This document shows positions 1 to 10,458 of a DNA stretch of 64,000 nucleotides, in pieces. Made by a program: the position numbers and the translations under genes. The notes below the pieces were generated by a model. That model made no database searches and had not been told where the DNA came from. It saw only the letters and a list, made by a program, of their open reading frames with translations. Numbering within the stretch: the first letter of the stretch is position 1; every line of letters begins with the position of its first letter. Source of the DNA: Geopsychrobacteraceae bacterium (GTDB taxonomy: Bacteria; Desulfobacterota; Desulfuromonadia; Desulfuromonadales; Geopsychrobacteraceae); contig OY759353.1 of the NCBI GenBank assembly GCA_963662315.1, positions 1,792,001 through 1,856,000 on the forward strand, in the 5' to 3' direction.

Positions 1-215
1 AGAGTGCCTCCAAGGTTCAAGTTGATTTTGAAGTTTCCAGCCGTTTCCTTTTCAATGGAGGAAATCATTTCATTGAGCCCTTTTCCTGCAGAGGAGTTAG
101 CAACCGATACATAGGTATAGGCTGTCCAACGATCCTTTGCGCAGACCGGCATGGCCACAAGAACTAAAAATAGTGTTACAAACATAAAAACATTACTTTT
201 CCAAATACCGTGCAT
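1..215 (-). CDS. dctP: TRAP transporter substrate-binding protein, 5' part only (runs off the window)
   Basis: Own translation: MHGIWKSNVFMFVTLFLVLVAMPVCAKDRWTAYTYVSVANSSAGKGLNEMISSIEKETAGNFKINLNLGGTL. Signal peptide plus DctP-like N-terminus; GGAGG RBS upstream. Not in the supplied ORF track. Confidence 0.7.
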   Translation of the reverse strand, partial: MHGIWKSNVFMFVTLFLVLVAMPVCAKDRWTAYTYVSVANSSAGKGLNEMISSIEKETAGNFKINLNLGGT

Positions 216-317
216 TTTTGCCTCCCGTGTTGGATTAGAACGACTTTTTATAGTTGAAGTAAAAATAAGACACAAGTATACTTAACAGCAAGCGATATTT
301 TCTTACTTTAGAATAAG

Positions 318-341
318 ACATCCTAAATCTAATTAAGATGT
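318..341. promoter_or_regulatory. Imperfect palindrome, candidate LysR binding site
   Basis: ACATCCTAA...TTAAGATGT (8 of 9 bp inverted) between the divergent dctP and lysR genes. Confidence 0.35.
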
Positions 342-486
342 TCTTTGCAAAAAATCCTTCTCCTGGTTCGGGAAAATCGCTGCAAATACCCATGTTTCAG
401 CTTTGTGGAGAGTTTAAAGATCAACGCTCGACAGCGTTCGGGAAATAGCTCACTTGTAACCTTCTTTATCGAAATGGATTCACAGC

Positions 487-1389
487 ATGAATATGCGCCA
501 GTTAAAAACGCTCATAGCTATTTATGAATATGGCAATCTTGCCAAGGCCGCCGATGCAATCGCCCTGACTCCATCTGCAGTCAGTCAGCAGATGACCTCC
601 CTAGAAGATGAAGTAGGCAGCCCCCTGTTCGACCGCTCAACACGCCCACCTACCTTGACCTACCAGGGGATTCAGCTCCTTGAAGCGGCAAAAATCATCA
701 CCCAGACAGCTGACCGGGTCCTTGGCTCCATCACCGGCAACAATATGATCGGTGCCCTGAACCTGGGTGCCGTGCGCAGCAGTATTTTTGGAATTTTACC
801 CAAAGCCCTCGTTGACCTCAGGCAAAAATACCCGTTACTGAAAATCAACCTGAGAATGGGAAAAACAGAGGATCTCATGTATGACGTTTCAGTCGGAAGA
901 CTCGATGCTGCAGTCATTGCTGAAGCCCACTCGGTTTTGCCTAACCTGATTTTTTCACCATTCATAGAAGACCCGCTATATGCTATTGCCAAAAAGGGAT
1001 CAACTTACACCGATGTCCGCGAACTTCTGACATCAGCAGAATATATCCATTTCCACAGCAATGTTCCCCTGGCGCTGCTGATCGATACGGAATTAAATAA
1101 ACAAAACATCAAGTTTCGCTCGTCAATTCAGATCGACAGTATTTTTGGCATCATCCAATGCGTCGCCAACGGTCTCGGGGTATCGGTAGTTCCCTACTCG
1201 GCATTAGCCCAACCGTTTAAGACCGATGTCCATATTCTGCCGTTTGGTGAACCCCAAGTGTGCCGACGTGTTGGTATCGTGCATATTAAAAATTCACCGA
1301 AAGATATTTTGATTGAAAAACTGCATGAAAAATTAGCCAGCTTCAGCGCCCCTTACGAAATCTTTCGTCAGCCCAAAGAGCCCTCATGA
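487..1389 (+). CDS. LysR family transcriptional regulator
   Basis: N-terminal HTH (AADAIALTPSAVSQQMTSLEDEVGSPLFDRS), 300 aa, C-terminal substrate-binding domain. Confidence 0.95.
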   Translation: MNMRQLKTLIAIYEYGNLAKAADAIALTPSAVSQQMTSLEDEVGSPLFDRSTRPPTLTYQGIQLLEAAKIITQTADRVLGSITGNNMIGALNLGAVRSSIFGILPKALVDLRQKYPLLKINLRMGKTEDLMYDVSVGRLDAAVIAEAHSVLPNLIFSPFIEDPLYAIAKKGSTYTDVRELLTSAEYIHFHSNVPLALLIDTELNKQNIKFRSSIQIDSIFGIIQCVANGLGVSVVPYSALAQPFKTDVHILPFGEPQVCRRVGIVHIKNSPKDILIEKLHEKLASFSAPYEIFRQPKEPS

Positions 1390-1423
1390 CATAAGAGTTC
1401 ATTGTCAGCCGATAAGACATAAT

Positions 1424-1455
1424 AAAAAAGCTCCGGATCAGAATTTGACCGGAGC
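1424..1455 (-). terminator. Intrinsic terminator
   Basis: GCTCCGG...CCGGAGC stem with an A-run, between convergent genes. Confidence 0.55.
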
Positions 1456-1603
1456 AAAAATACATATCTTTCAACATTCTTGGCACAGCTTTCAAACACT
1501 ACTGCTGAACACCATCCTTATTCTTACAAACGCAGATTTCAGTCCCGATGCTTTCCAGTAATAACGTTTTACTTCTGTTCAACAGTTCAGTGGACAGGCA
1601 GCC

Positions 1604-2707
1604 TCAGTCCAGCAAAAACGGCACCGCCGCCCGCTCGGCAATACCCCGCAATAGTTCAATCAAGGTATTTGCCAATGGAATCCCCTCGGCCATTCTCAGC
1701 GCGTAAGTGTCAAATTCAGGGTCGCCAGCGACCAAAACCCGCTGAGAGCTATCAATCGGCTCCACACCATGCATATAGTCTATCAAGCCTTGCAGCTCTT
1801 CTTCGAAACGACCATCCAAGCGAAAATACGCTGGATCCAGAGCCAGAAAGAAATGACCGATATTATCTGGCGCTCCGGTTTCCAAGGAACGATCTTGAAA
1901 CGGGGAAAAGCCGCCACCACTTAAGGTTGAGCTCAATATTTGTACCATCATGGCTAAACCATACCCCTTATGTCCACCAAGTTCCCGTGAACCTCCCAGG
2001 GGAGTGAGGCCAGCCAGTTTATCAGGACTTAACAATAAAGATCTGGCTTCAGAGGAGTCGGTCACAAAGGTTCCGTTTGCATCGACAACCCATCCTTCCG
2101 GTAGCGGCTGCCGGTAAAGATCGTAGACCTTAACTTTGTTAGAGGCGACAACGCTGGTAGACATATCCAGCAAAAAAGGTCGCGGCCCGGCTGCCGGGGC
2201 AGAAAAAGCAATGGGGTTCGTACCCAGAACCGGCTGTTTCGCGAAGGTCGGAGTCACAAAAACGCCGCGAGCAGAGCTGGTGACCAACCCAAGACATCCA
2301 GCTTCTGCCGCCATTTTTGCATAGCATCCAGCGGCCCCGAAGTGATGGGAATTGTAAACCGAAACAATGCCGATCCCGGCTTCTTTGCATTTGTCGATAG
2401 CCAGCGCCATCCCCATTTTTGATACCAGATGCCCTAACCCGGCATCGCCATCGAGCAATACTGTTGCCACCGATTCTTTGACGATTTTTGGTTCTGCCTG
2501 GGGATTAATAGAGCCACTCTTGAGCATTTTTTCATAAAGCATCAACATTGAGACGCCGTGGGAATCTATACCATAGGTATCAGATTCCACCATCACCTCC
2601 GTTGACGCCTCCACCTGTGCGGGAGACATGCCCCACGCAGTCAGAATGGTGGAAATTTGCCTACTTAACGTTTCCCGATCAACCTGAGTCGTATTGTTGT
2701 TGTCCAT
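1604..2707 (-). CDS. Ldh_2 family (type 2 malate/L-lactate dehydrogenase-like) oxidoreductase
   Basis: Motifs GIDSHG, SHHFGAAG, GTNPIAF, LDMSTS, GGHKGYGL. Confidence 0.92.
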   Translation of the reverse strand: MDNNNTTQVDRETLSRQISTILTAWGMSPAQVEASTEVMVESDTYGIDSHGVSMLMLYEKMLKSGSINPQAEPKIVKESVATVLLDGDAGLGHLVSKMGMALAIDKCKEAGIGIVSVYNSHHFGAAGCYAKMAAEAGCLGLVTSSARGVFVTPTFAKQPVLGTNPIAFSAPAAGPRPFLLDMSTSVVASNKVKVYDLYRQPLPEGWVVDANGTFVTDSSEARSLLLSPDKLAGLTPLGGSRELGGHKGYGLAMMVQILSSTLSGGGFSPFQDRSLETGAPDNIGHFFLALDPAYFRLDGRFEEELQGLIDYMHGVEPIDSSQRVLVAGDPEFDTYALRMAEGIPLANTLIELLRGIAERAAVPFLLD

Positions 2708-2907
2708 AGATCCTCATTTCATGGTCGCCTGAATACCGTCGCTTACTAAAGTGGCGATTCTCTATATCCGCAAGAAGTCAGCCAACCCTTTACCTTTGTC
2801 GATAAGTTAAAGGGTAAATGCAGTAAGAAAGTAATCCGAGCCGGAATTTAACACCTCCCCCTGCAAAAGCAAGGGAGGTGCCATAATCACAGTCCATATA
2901 TTAGGCG

Positions 2908-5900
2908 TCAACGCCCAAGCAACTCAAGCAGCCCCTGCAAGGGATGGCGCAATCTTTTCTTGTCAATCCGCTTGACCTGACTACGGCAGGAATAGCCTGA
3001 CACCAGACACCGTTCAGCTGGCAACTTGGCCAGCGTCGGTTGCCAGCTCATGGCATAGATCTCTTTGGATGCTTCCAGGTTCTTGGCCGCATGGCCATAG
3101 GTCCCGGCCATGCCACAGCAACCGACCGATACGGCCTTGAGGGTGCCTCCAAAGTGCTTGAAGATTTCCGTCCAATCGTCGTGAGTCGAAGGTTTGGCCG
3201 TTTTTTCGGTACAGTGCCCAAAGAGGTAGAATTCCCCGTCCACAGCAGGCTTTTCCGGTACCTGATCAAGAGCAGAGAGTAGCCATTCCTGGAACAGAAA
3301 GACCCTGAAATCCCCTCGCGCTTCTTGCAACGCCTTGACGTACTCATCGCGATAGCACAGGACCATCGCCGGATCCGGACCCACAATGGGGATATCCAGC
3401 TTTGCCACCTGGTTGAGGAATTGAGCTCCGCGCTGTGCGGTCCGCTCGAAACTGCCCAGGAAGCCTTTGATATGCTGCGCCTTCCCATTGGGGGTAAAGG
3501 GGAGCAGAATCGGTTCAAAGCCGAGTTTTTCAATGAGCAGAATCAGGTCCTCGACTACGGCAGCATCATAATAGGAGGTGAAGGGATCCTGCACCACCAG
3601 CACCTTTTTTGCCCGCTCTGCGGGGCTGAGTTTTTCCAGGGCGGCATAGTCATAGTCGTTGGCACGATGCCCGGCCAGACGTTTTTTCAAGTTCGGCTGA
3701 GTCAGCAACGGCACATCAACCATGCCAATGGTTTTCTCGGTCAGCTTCTGGGTGATCCCCTGCTTGATGAAAAAATTGAAAAAACCGGGAGCTTTGGCCA
3801 TGAGCGGCGCATAGCTCTCAACGGTGGCCACCAGGTAATCCTGCGGGTGGCGCAGATAACGCTGATAGTAGAGGTTCATAAAACGGGCCCGGAAGTCGGG
3901 GACATCGACCTTGACCGGGCACTGGCTGGAGCAGGCTTTACAGGCCAGACAGCCCTGCATGGCGTCCATGACCTCGTGAGAGAAATCGTAATCGCCCTTC
4001 TTTTTGCCCAGGGTGTTAAAAATCTGCCCGACCAGATCTTTGAGCCGCAGCCCTTCTTTACGTAGCAAAGTCTCTTCCGCAAGGATATTGACGCCGGCAT
4101 GCTCCAGCTGGCGCAGCCATTCACGCATCAGCCCGGCGCGCCCTTTTGGGGAGTGGCGCCGATCACCGGTCTGTTTGAATGAAGGGCACATGGGGGACGT
4201 GGTATCGTAGGAGAAGCACAAGCCATTGCCATTACAGTCGAGAGCATCTTTAAAGCTGTCACGCACGACTTCTGGAATCTGGCGATCGAAAGCTCCCCGT
4301 TTTATGGCGTCGACAGACACCAGCTCGTCTTTCGATTCAATGGGGGTACAGATTTTACCGGAGTTCATGCGGTTTAATGGATCAAACGCTCCCTTGACCT
4401 TGCGTAGTTCCCCGAACAACTCAGGACCAAAAAACTCCGGACCGTATTCGGAACGAAAACCCCGGCCATGCTCACCCCACATCAGACCACCATACTTGCT
4501 GGTCAAAGCCACCACCTGATCAGAGATGCTGCGCATCAGAACTTCCTGCTCCGGGTCACACAGATCAAGGGCTGGGCGCACATGCAAAACACCACTATCG
4601 ACATGGCCAAACATGCCATAGGCCAGGTTGTTGGCATCGAGAAGATCGCGGAACTCCATAATATAGTCTGCCAGGTGCTCCGGCGGTACGGCGGTATCTT
4701 CGGTAAAGGCCACCGGCTTTTTCCGCCCCTCCGTATTTCCCAGCAGACCAACCGCCTTTTTGCGCATAGCGTAAATGGCTTTGACGCTGTCCAGGTCTTC
4801 GCAGGTCTGATAACCGATAATACCGGCCTCCCCTTTGGCCATGATCTCATCAAGCAGCTGACACAGGGCGGTGACTTTCTCCTGCCCCTCGGCAAGGGTC
4901 TGATCAGCAAATTCAACAATATTCAGGCCAAGCAGCTCTTTATCCGGCACATCGGTAATCAGATCGCGGACGGAATGCCAGACAATGTCCTTACGCGCTA
5001 AGTTCAGTACTTTGGAATCGACGGTTTCAACCGACAGGGCTTTGGCCTTGAGCATAAAGGGGGCGGAACGCAACGCTGCTTCAAAGCTGTCGTATTTGAT
5101 ATTCACCAGAATCCGACTGACCGGGATCGGATCAAGGCTTAATTTGGCTTCGGTGATAAAGCCCAGGGTTCCTTCCGAACCACACAGGATACGCGCCAGA
5201 TCGATGGCTTCGGTATCCGGATCATAAACATGTTTCAGGTCGTAACCGGTTAAAAAGCGATTGAGCTTGGGAAACTTCTCTTCAATCTCTGTGCGCTTGC
5301 CCTGAGCGGTGGCCCACACCTGGCGGTAAATCTCACCTTCACGATCCTGCTGCGCAAACTTGTTTTGCAAAGCTTCGCCACTTGTCGGCTGACAGTCCAG
5401 GCAGCTCCCATCTTCCAGCACGGCCGTCAAACCCATCACCCGGTCGGAAGTTTTTCCGTAAACCAAAGAACCCTGTCCGGACGCATCAGTATTGACCATG
5501 CCACCAATCGTGGCCCGGTTGCTGGTTGACAGTTCAGGAGAAAAGAATAAGCCGTAAGGCTTTAAAGCATCGTTCAGCTGATCCTTGACCAGACCGGCCT
5601 CAACCCGCACCCACTTTTCTTCGACATTCACTTCCAGCACCCGGGTCATGTAACGGGACAGATCGACAATCATCCCGTCACTTAACGCTTGACCGTTGGT
5701 TCCGGTCCCTCCCCCGCGCGGTGAAAAACGGATGCCCTGGAATTCCTCCTGAGATGACAATCTGGTCATCAATGAGATATCAGCGCTATGCCGGGGAAAT
5801 ACCACCGCCTGCGGCAACCATTGATAGACGCTGTTATCTGTCGCGACCGCCAGACGACTGCCATAAGAGCTTTCGATATCACCGGCGAAGCCAGCTTGCG

Positions 5901-5967
5901 CCAGTGCTTTGATGAAGGCCAGATATTCAGGTTTTACTGAATCTTGCTGGGTTAATTTTGGGATCAT
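2908..5967 (-). CDS. ydiJ: FAD-binding and Fe-S-binding oxidoreductase, YdiJ / D-2-hydroxyglutarate dehydrogenase-like
   Basis: PRGGGTGTNGQ FAD motif, GEHG, CNGNGLC and CLACKACSSQCP Fe-S motifs, CCGMAG. Start moved to MIPKL at 5967. Confidence 0.88.
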   Translation of the reverse strand: MIPKLTQQDSVKPEYLAFIKALAQAGFAGDIESSYGSRLAVATDNSVYQWLPQAVVFPRHSADISLMTRLSSQEEFQGIRFSPRGGGTGTNGQALSDGMIVDLSRYMTRVLEVNVEEKWVRVEAGLVKDQLNDALKPYGLFFSPELSTSNRATIGGMVNTDASGQGSLVYGKTSDRVMGLTAVLEDGSCLDCQPTSGEALQNKFAQQDREGEIYRQVWATAQGKRTEIEEKFPKLNRFLTGYDLKHVYDPDTEAIDLARILCGSEGTLGFITEAKLSLDPIPVSRILVNIKYDSFEAALRSAPFMLKAKALSVETVDSKVLNLARKDIVWHSVRDLITDVPDKELLGLNIVEFADQTLAEGQEKVTALCQLLDEIMAKGEAGIIGYQTCEDLDSVKAIYAMRKKAVGLLGNTEGRKKPVAFTEDTAVPPEHLADYIMEFRDLLDANNLAYGMFGHVDSGVLHVRPALDLCDPEQEVLMRSISDQVVALTSKYGGLMWGEHGRGFRSEYGPEFFGPELFGELRKVKGAFDPLNRMNSGKICTPIESKDELVSVDAIKRGAFDRQIPEVVRDSFKDALDCNGNGLCFSYDTTSPMCPSFKQTGDRRHSPKGRAGLMREWLRQLEHAGVNILAEETLLRKEGLRLKDLVGQIFNTLGKKKGDYDFSHEVMDAMQGCLACKACSSQCPVKVDVPDFRARFMNLYYQRYLRHPQDYLVATVESYAPLMAKAPGFFNFFIKQGITQKLTEKTIGMVDVPLLTQPNLKKRLAGHRANDYDYAALEKLSPAERAKKVLVVQDPFTSYYDAAVVEDLILLIEKLGFEPILLPFTPNGKAQHIKGFLGSFERTAQRGAQFLNQVAKLDIPIVGPDPAMVLCYRDEYVKALQEARGDFRVFLFQEWLLSALDQVPEKPAVDGEFYLFGHCTEKTAKPSTHDDWTEIFKHFGGTLKAVSVGCCGMAGTYGHAAKNLEASKEIYAMSWQPTLAKLPAERCLVSGYSCRSQVKRIDKKRLRHPLQGLLELLGR

Positions 5968-6564
5968 AACTTTCTCTTTCTGCGTCCATGATAAAAAATA
6001 GCTAACAGGGCATCGCCCCGTGTTCATTGGTGGTCTTCATCTATTTTCAGAATGTGAGCATATAGGACATCTATCCAAGATCAGAATCTCCATTACCTAC
6101 AAATTAAGTTGGACGCACGCAAAGCTGGAACCGCTGGCAATACCAACGAACTGATAATTATCACGCCGACCGCCCTCAAAAGGCTGAATAGAAAAACAGG
6201 AAGTGACAAAACAAAGTACAGATATAATTTTATATTCCATAACAACTACAGGTTTGTCCAGATACTGCATACCCTATTAATAAAACTGCAGAAAATTAAT
6301 TTCAAACAGTGGACAACAGCGTTCTAAACGTCCGTTGACCAAACCATTCTATATGCATGAGTTAATTCATAAAGAGAATTATTATGATAACCTTATAAGT
6401 AATCGATAAAACACTCAAGCTATAGATCACAGGAACCAGGCAGATTCCTAAAGACGGGTCAAAAGGCCAGCAAGACGGGTGTCGTATTTGATTAATCAAA
6501 GTCAGGATTATTGTAAACCGGCTTTTCCTGTCCACCTGCCTACAATACACAAGGAGAAACCAAT

Positions 6565-7008
6565 ATGATGATTAGAAAATATCGCTTTCACCTGTTTTTG
6601 ATTCTCCTGATATTACTCATGATTTTGCTACCAAACTATATGCTTAATTCTGACCTTAAACGTGTCGAAGCGTCTCGAAAGGTCGCCAATAGGTTCCTCA
6701 GTCTGATTGACGCAGGCCATTACCAACAGGTCTGGAAGAGTTGTGCCACCTACTTGCAGACCCACGTTCCGCTACAACAGTGGAATCTTCAGCTCGGTGC
6801 CGCTCGGCAATCAGCCGGTAAACTAATCGAACGCTTGGAAACCCGGCACAGCTACACTCCTGCTGGAAAAACGGGCCTTCCTGATGGCGAGTACATGGTC
6901 TACGCGTATCTCTCAAAATTCACCGATAAGGACAAGGTCCGCGAAATGGTTACCCTACACAAAGGGTCAGACGAAACCTGGCGCGTTGCCGGGTACTATA
7001 TCGAATAG
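6565..7008 (+). CDS. DUF4019-like membrane-anchored protein
   Basis: N-terminal TM segment, LPDGEY and terminal WRVAGYYI motifs, AAGGAG RBS. Confidence 0.8.
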   Translation: MMIRKYRFHLFLILLILLMILLPNYMLNSDLKRVEASRKVANRFLSLIDAGHYQQVWKSCATYLQTHVPLQQWNLQLGAARQSAGKLIERLETRHSYTPAGKTGLPDGEYMVYAYLSKFTDKDKVREMVTLHKGSDETWRVAGYYIE

Positions 7009-7048
7009 CCCCGTGCTGTCCCTTATACTAAAGCCCTGACCGAGACAC

Positions 7049-7099
7049 CATCATCTGGCTACTTCCAGAGTTAAACCCTATGAAAGTAGCCAGGTGATG
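7049..7099. terminator. Long stem-loop between convergent genes
   Basis: CATCATCTGGCTACTT / AAGTAGCCAGGTGATG, 15 of 16 bp inverted. Confidence 0.5.
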
Positions 7100-7143
7100 A
7101 ATCAGAGTCCCCCTTTATTTAACATTTAACTCAGGAGTTCATG

Positions 7144-8352
7144 TTACTTGTAATAATTCAGGAAAGCGGTTATCAAGGCCGCATTGGTGAAATTGCTAAA
7201 CAATCCACCAATAATAGGAACCACAAAGAATGCGGTTTTTGAATACCTGTAGCTATCACATACGGTCTGCATATTTGTCATTGCAACAGGAGTAGCCCCA
7301 AGACCAAAGCCTATATGTCCTGCAGTAATGACGGCAGCATCGTAATCCCTGCCCATAAGGTTGAAGGTTATAAGTTTTACGAAAATGACTATCAGTATGA
7401 CCTGAGCGCCCAACAGCACCAAAAGAGGAAGAGCCAATTGTGCCAGATCCCATAGTCTCATTGACATAACAGCCATAGTCACAAACAAAGAAAGAGAGAC
7501 TTCTCCGAGAATATCAATTTCTTGCAAGGGAATAACTTTTTCCTTTTCCTTGGAAAAAATCGGAAAGAGATTCGTTACAATCGCACCACCGAGCATCCCC
7601 ATAACGTGGATAGGCAGCACAACATTAGGCAGCAGGACTTTCATAACATCCGCCAATATTGCACCAAGCCCTAATCCTATAAACAATTGCAAAAATGCAC
7701 TTCCTATTTTTCGTGCGTCTAAGGGGGTAACCTCTTTTTCCTGAACCTTAACCTTTACCGTGTCATTGTTGCTACTTTTACTAAACAAATCGAATTTTTC
7801 GATAATTCCTCTTGCCACTGGCCCACCAGCCATACAACCAGCAACCAGGCCAAATGTTGCCGCTGCTAAAGCTATACTCGTCGCTCCCTGCAAACCAAAA
7901 CCTTCGGCAATCGGGGCAAAAGCAGCTGCATTCCCATGACCTCCGGTCATGGGAATGGACCCTGTCATTAATCCCAGCAAAGGAGGAAGTCCTTCGAGCT
8001 TTGCCAAGAATACCGCTACAACATTTTGACAAAATGAAAGGAGAGTCGCTATCAGCAGAAAGATAACGACTTTTTTTCCGCCTGCTTTCAATACAGCGAC
8101 ACTGGCGCTGAATCCACAGGCCGTAAAAAACAGATTCATGAAAAATTTTTGCATGGTGCCATCAAAGGTAAATTTTGCTATACCCGCTTGATACAGACCC
8201 AGATTTACAATGGCAAACAACAATCCGCCAACAACCGGAGCCGGAATACAGTATTTTTGCAGAAAGCCAACTTTTGATTTGACAACTTTCCCCGCCGCCA
8301 GTAGCAAAACACACATTAAAAGCGTTTTCGCAATGTCCATCTGAATCGTCAT
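7144..8352 (-). CDS. gltS: Sodium/glutamate symporter
   Basis: IPAPVVGG, GGHGNA and GFGLGATPVA motifs; hydrophobic 402 aa; GAGG RBS. Confidence 0.9.
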   Translation of the reverse strand: MTIQMDIAKTLLMCVLLLAAGKVVKSKVGFLQKYCIPAPVVGGLLFAIVNLGLYQAGIAKFTFDGTMQKFFMNLFFTACGFSASVAVLKAGGKKVVIFLLIATLLSFCQNVVAVFLAKLEGLPPLLGLMTGSIPMTGGHGNAAAFAPIAEGFGLQGATSIALAAATFGLVAGCMAGGPVARGIIEKFDLFSKSSNNDTVKVKVQEKEVTPLDARKIGSAFLQLFIGLGLGAILADVMKVLLPNVVLPIHVMGMLGGAIVTNLFPIFSKEKEKVIPLQEIDILGEVSLSLFVTMAVMSMRLWDLAQLALPLLVLLGAQVILIVIFVKLITFNLMGRDYDAAVITAGHIGFGLGATPVAMTNMQTVCDSYRYSKTAFFVVPIIGGLFSNFTNAALITAFLNYYK

Positions 8353-8986
8353 CTTTTCCTCCTGTTACACGTTAAATGATCTCAAAGAAACACCTTTGAC
8401 GTAAAATCTCTGGTGCCAACATCACAATTAGTAATCATCCAGCATTTTAAACTGAACAGTTTTGACCATGACCCTGAAGGCTGTGGCAGTTGCTGATCAT
8501 GGTGAAACTAACTTTGTATCAGGCGCAGCTATGGAACTTTCCGAACTGGTATTATCCCGTGACAACCGCTTAAAAAGACTGAATCTGAAGCCTTTGTCCT
8601 ATAAAATATTTTCCGAATTCATTCAGCCAGTGTGATTTATGCGATTTTCTATCATCCAATAGAACAGCATCTTAGTATCATTCTCACTGTTTACTTGTCA
8701 ATTAGATTATTGATAATCTTCTTGATAAACTGGTCAATACTCGTATATCCCCTTATTCATGATCAAACGCGGTTCCAAAGAGATCTGGAATATTCCAAAG
8801 GCTATAACTCTCTAAAAAGGCAATTAGCTGCCCCGGCAAGACCGCTCCACCATTGCCTTTCAAGTCAATTGCCAAACGGATTTTCAACGCTGATCACTTA
8901 ACCAGGTCCCAAAATCAAAACAGCCAATGCTCATCAATTGTCACCCCAATGAAAGAACACTATTCTGCTATTTTCCGGCTTTCCGC

Positions 8987-9016
8987 TTGACATTATTTCA
9001 ATCACAAGAATACTGT
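8987..9016 (+). promoter_or_regulatory. Sigma70-type promoter for the GntR gene
   Basis: TTGACA at 8987 and TACTGT at 9011 (18 bp spacer). Confidence 0.45.
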
Positions 9017-9109
9017 GCTGTGTGATCAACAATAATATTTTCAAAGAGTTGCTTGTTTAACAAAAAAAACAGTGTTAGACACCGTATTTCAATATTTAGG
9101 AGTTCACCA

Positions 9110-9790
9110 ATGGCAACAGACAAAAAACAGACTGGGTCTGTTTCCGCCGCAAAAAAAATTGATCGGGTTGAACAATTGACTGATCGTTTAGCAGAGGATA
9201 TTGCGTTGGGAAGACTTAAACCTCGTGAGCGTTTGATTGAAGATGAACTGATTCTGCGCTTTGACGTTAAGCGTAACGTGGTCCGGCAGACCTTATTTGA
9301 ACTGGAAAATTGGGGTCTGGTCGAAAGAGTAAAAAATAAAGGTGCATTTGTGCGCTATTTTGACCCGAGTGAAGTTGAGGATATTTATGTTGTCAGGGAG
9401 CTACTCGAAGGCAAAGCGATAGATTTGATTCCGTTACCGGCATCCAAGGAGTTGATAGCTGAGTTAAAAGATATTCTTCAAAAGTATCTGAAAGCTAAAG
9501 CTGAAGATAACCTTTCAGTTATTTTCAGGCAAAATACCGCCTTTCACAAAACGATTAACAAGGCATGCAACAACAAAGCTCTGTTTGAAGCCATTGAGCT
9601 TTATATGATGAAATCCTACGCTATCCGTTCCTACGCATTTCTTTATCCTGACCTGGTTTCCCAAATGGCCGCTGAACATTCAGAGATGATTGAAGCACTG
9701 GAAAAAGGCGATCTTACCAGATTGAAACAGTTAGTCCTTGAACACATGAAGCCTGCAAAAGAGGCTTACAATCAACTCAATAAGATGTAA
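9110..9790 (+). CDS. GntR family (FCD domain) transcriptional regulator
   Basis: LKPRERLIEDELILRFDVKRNVVRQTL wHTH; NTAFH and EH FCD motifs; AGGAG RBS before ATG 9110. Confidence 0.92.
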   Translation: MATDKKQTGSVSAAKKIDRVEQLTDRLAEDIALGRLKPRERLIEDELILRFDVKRNVVRQTLFELENWGLVERVKNKGAFVRYFDPSEVEDIYVVRELLEGKAIDLIPLPASKELIAELKDILQKYLKAKAEDNLSVIFRQNTAFHKTINKACNNKALFEAIELYMMKSYAIRSYAFLYPDLVSQMAAEHSEMIEALEKGDLTRLKQLVLEHMKPAKEAYNQLNKM

Positions 9791-9838
9791 TCCCTCAGTT
9801 CATACAATCCTATAGTTTCAAGGAAAAAAAACTATCCA

Positions 9839-10441
9839 TTGCTTTTCAGTCAAGCGGCCAGGAAGCCCATCGACAAACTGATGGTCGACAGCAACATCCC
9901 GCTGCCAAGAGCACGACAATCTGAGCGCTGCATGGCAACTGGAGAAGTCACTCTGCCTCTACTTGTTGCCTTTCAGAGGCTGCTCAGTTTGCTCGATAAT
10001 CCAGAAGATATCCCGATTCTGGCACCTCTTTACCAGCGGGAGATTCGGTATCGCTTATTAACAGGGGACAAAGGCACGCAATTACGCCAGATTGCCTCGG
10101 TCGGCAGCCAAAGCAATCAAATAACCAAATCGATCGAATGGCTGCAGAAAAATTTCGACCAACAGTTACGCATCGATAATCTGGCAACCCAGATCAATAT
10201 GAGCCCATCAAGCTTCCATAGCCATTTCCGGGCGATGACCTCGTTAAGCCCGCTTCAATACCAGAAACAGCTGCGCTTACAGGAAGCCAGACGCCTGATG
10301 CTTGCGGAAAACCTGGATACGACAAGGGCGGCGTTCCAGGTCGGCTACAAAAGCTCCTCACAGTTCACCCGTGAGTACAGCCGCCTGTTTGGAGCCCCAC
10401 CGTTACGTGATGTTGCAAAGCTGAAACAGGCTTCCACCTGA
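9839..10441 (+). pseudogene. 5'-truncated AraC family regulator (YqhC type)
   Basis: C-terminal AraC HTH is intact (SPLQYQKQLRLQEARRL...VGYKSSSQFTREY), but the ORF opens in mid-domain at about IDKLMVDS, with no RBS. Confidence 0.65.
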
Positions 10442-10458
10442 AGCACAGACACCTTCTG

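Noticed and set aside
1480..5227. Long plus-strand ORFs (1480-2007, 3325-4065, 4468-5001), and similar ones such as 18287-19174 and 46743-47384
   Set aside because: They are antisense shadows of well-supported genes and have no recognisable motifs
6487..6500. TTTGATTAATCAAA as an FNR box
   Set aside because: The spacer is 2 bp rather than the 4 bp FNR requires; it remains an unassigned palindrome
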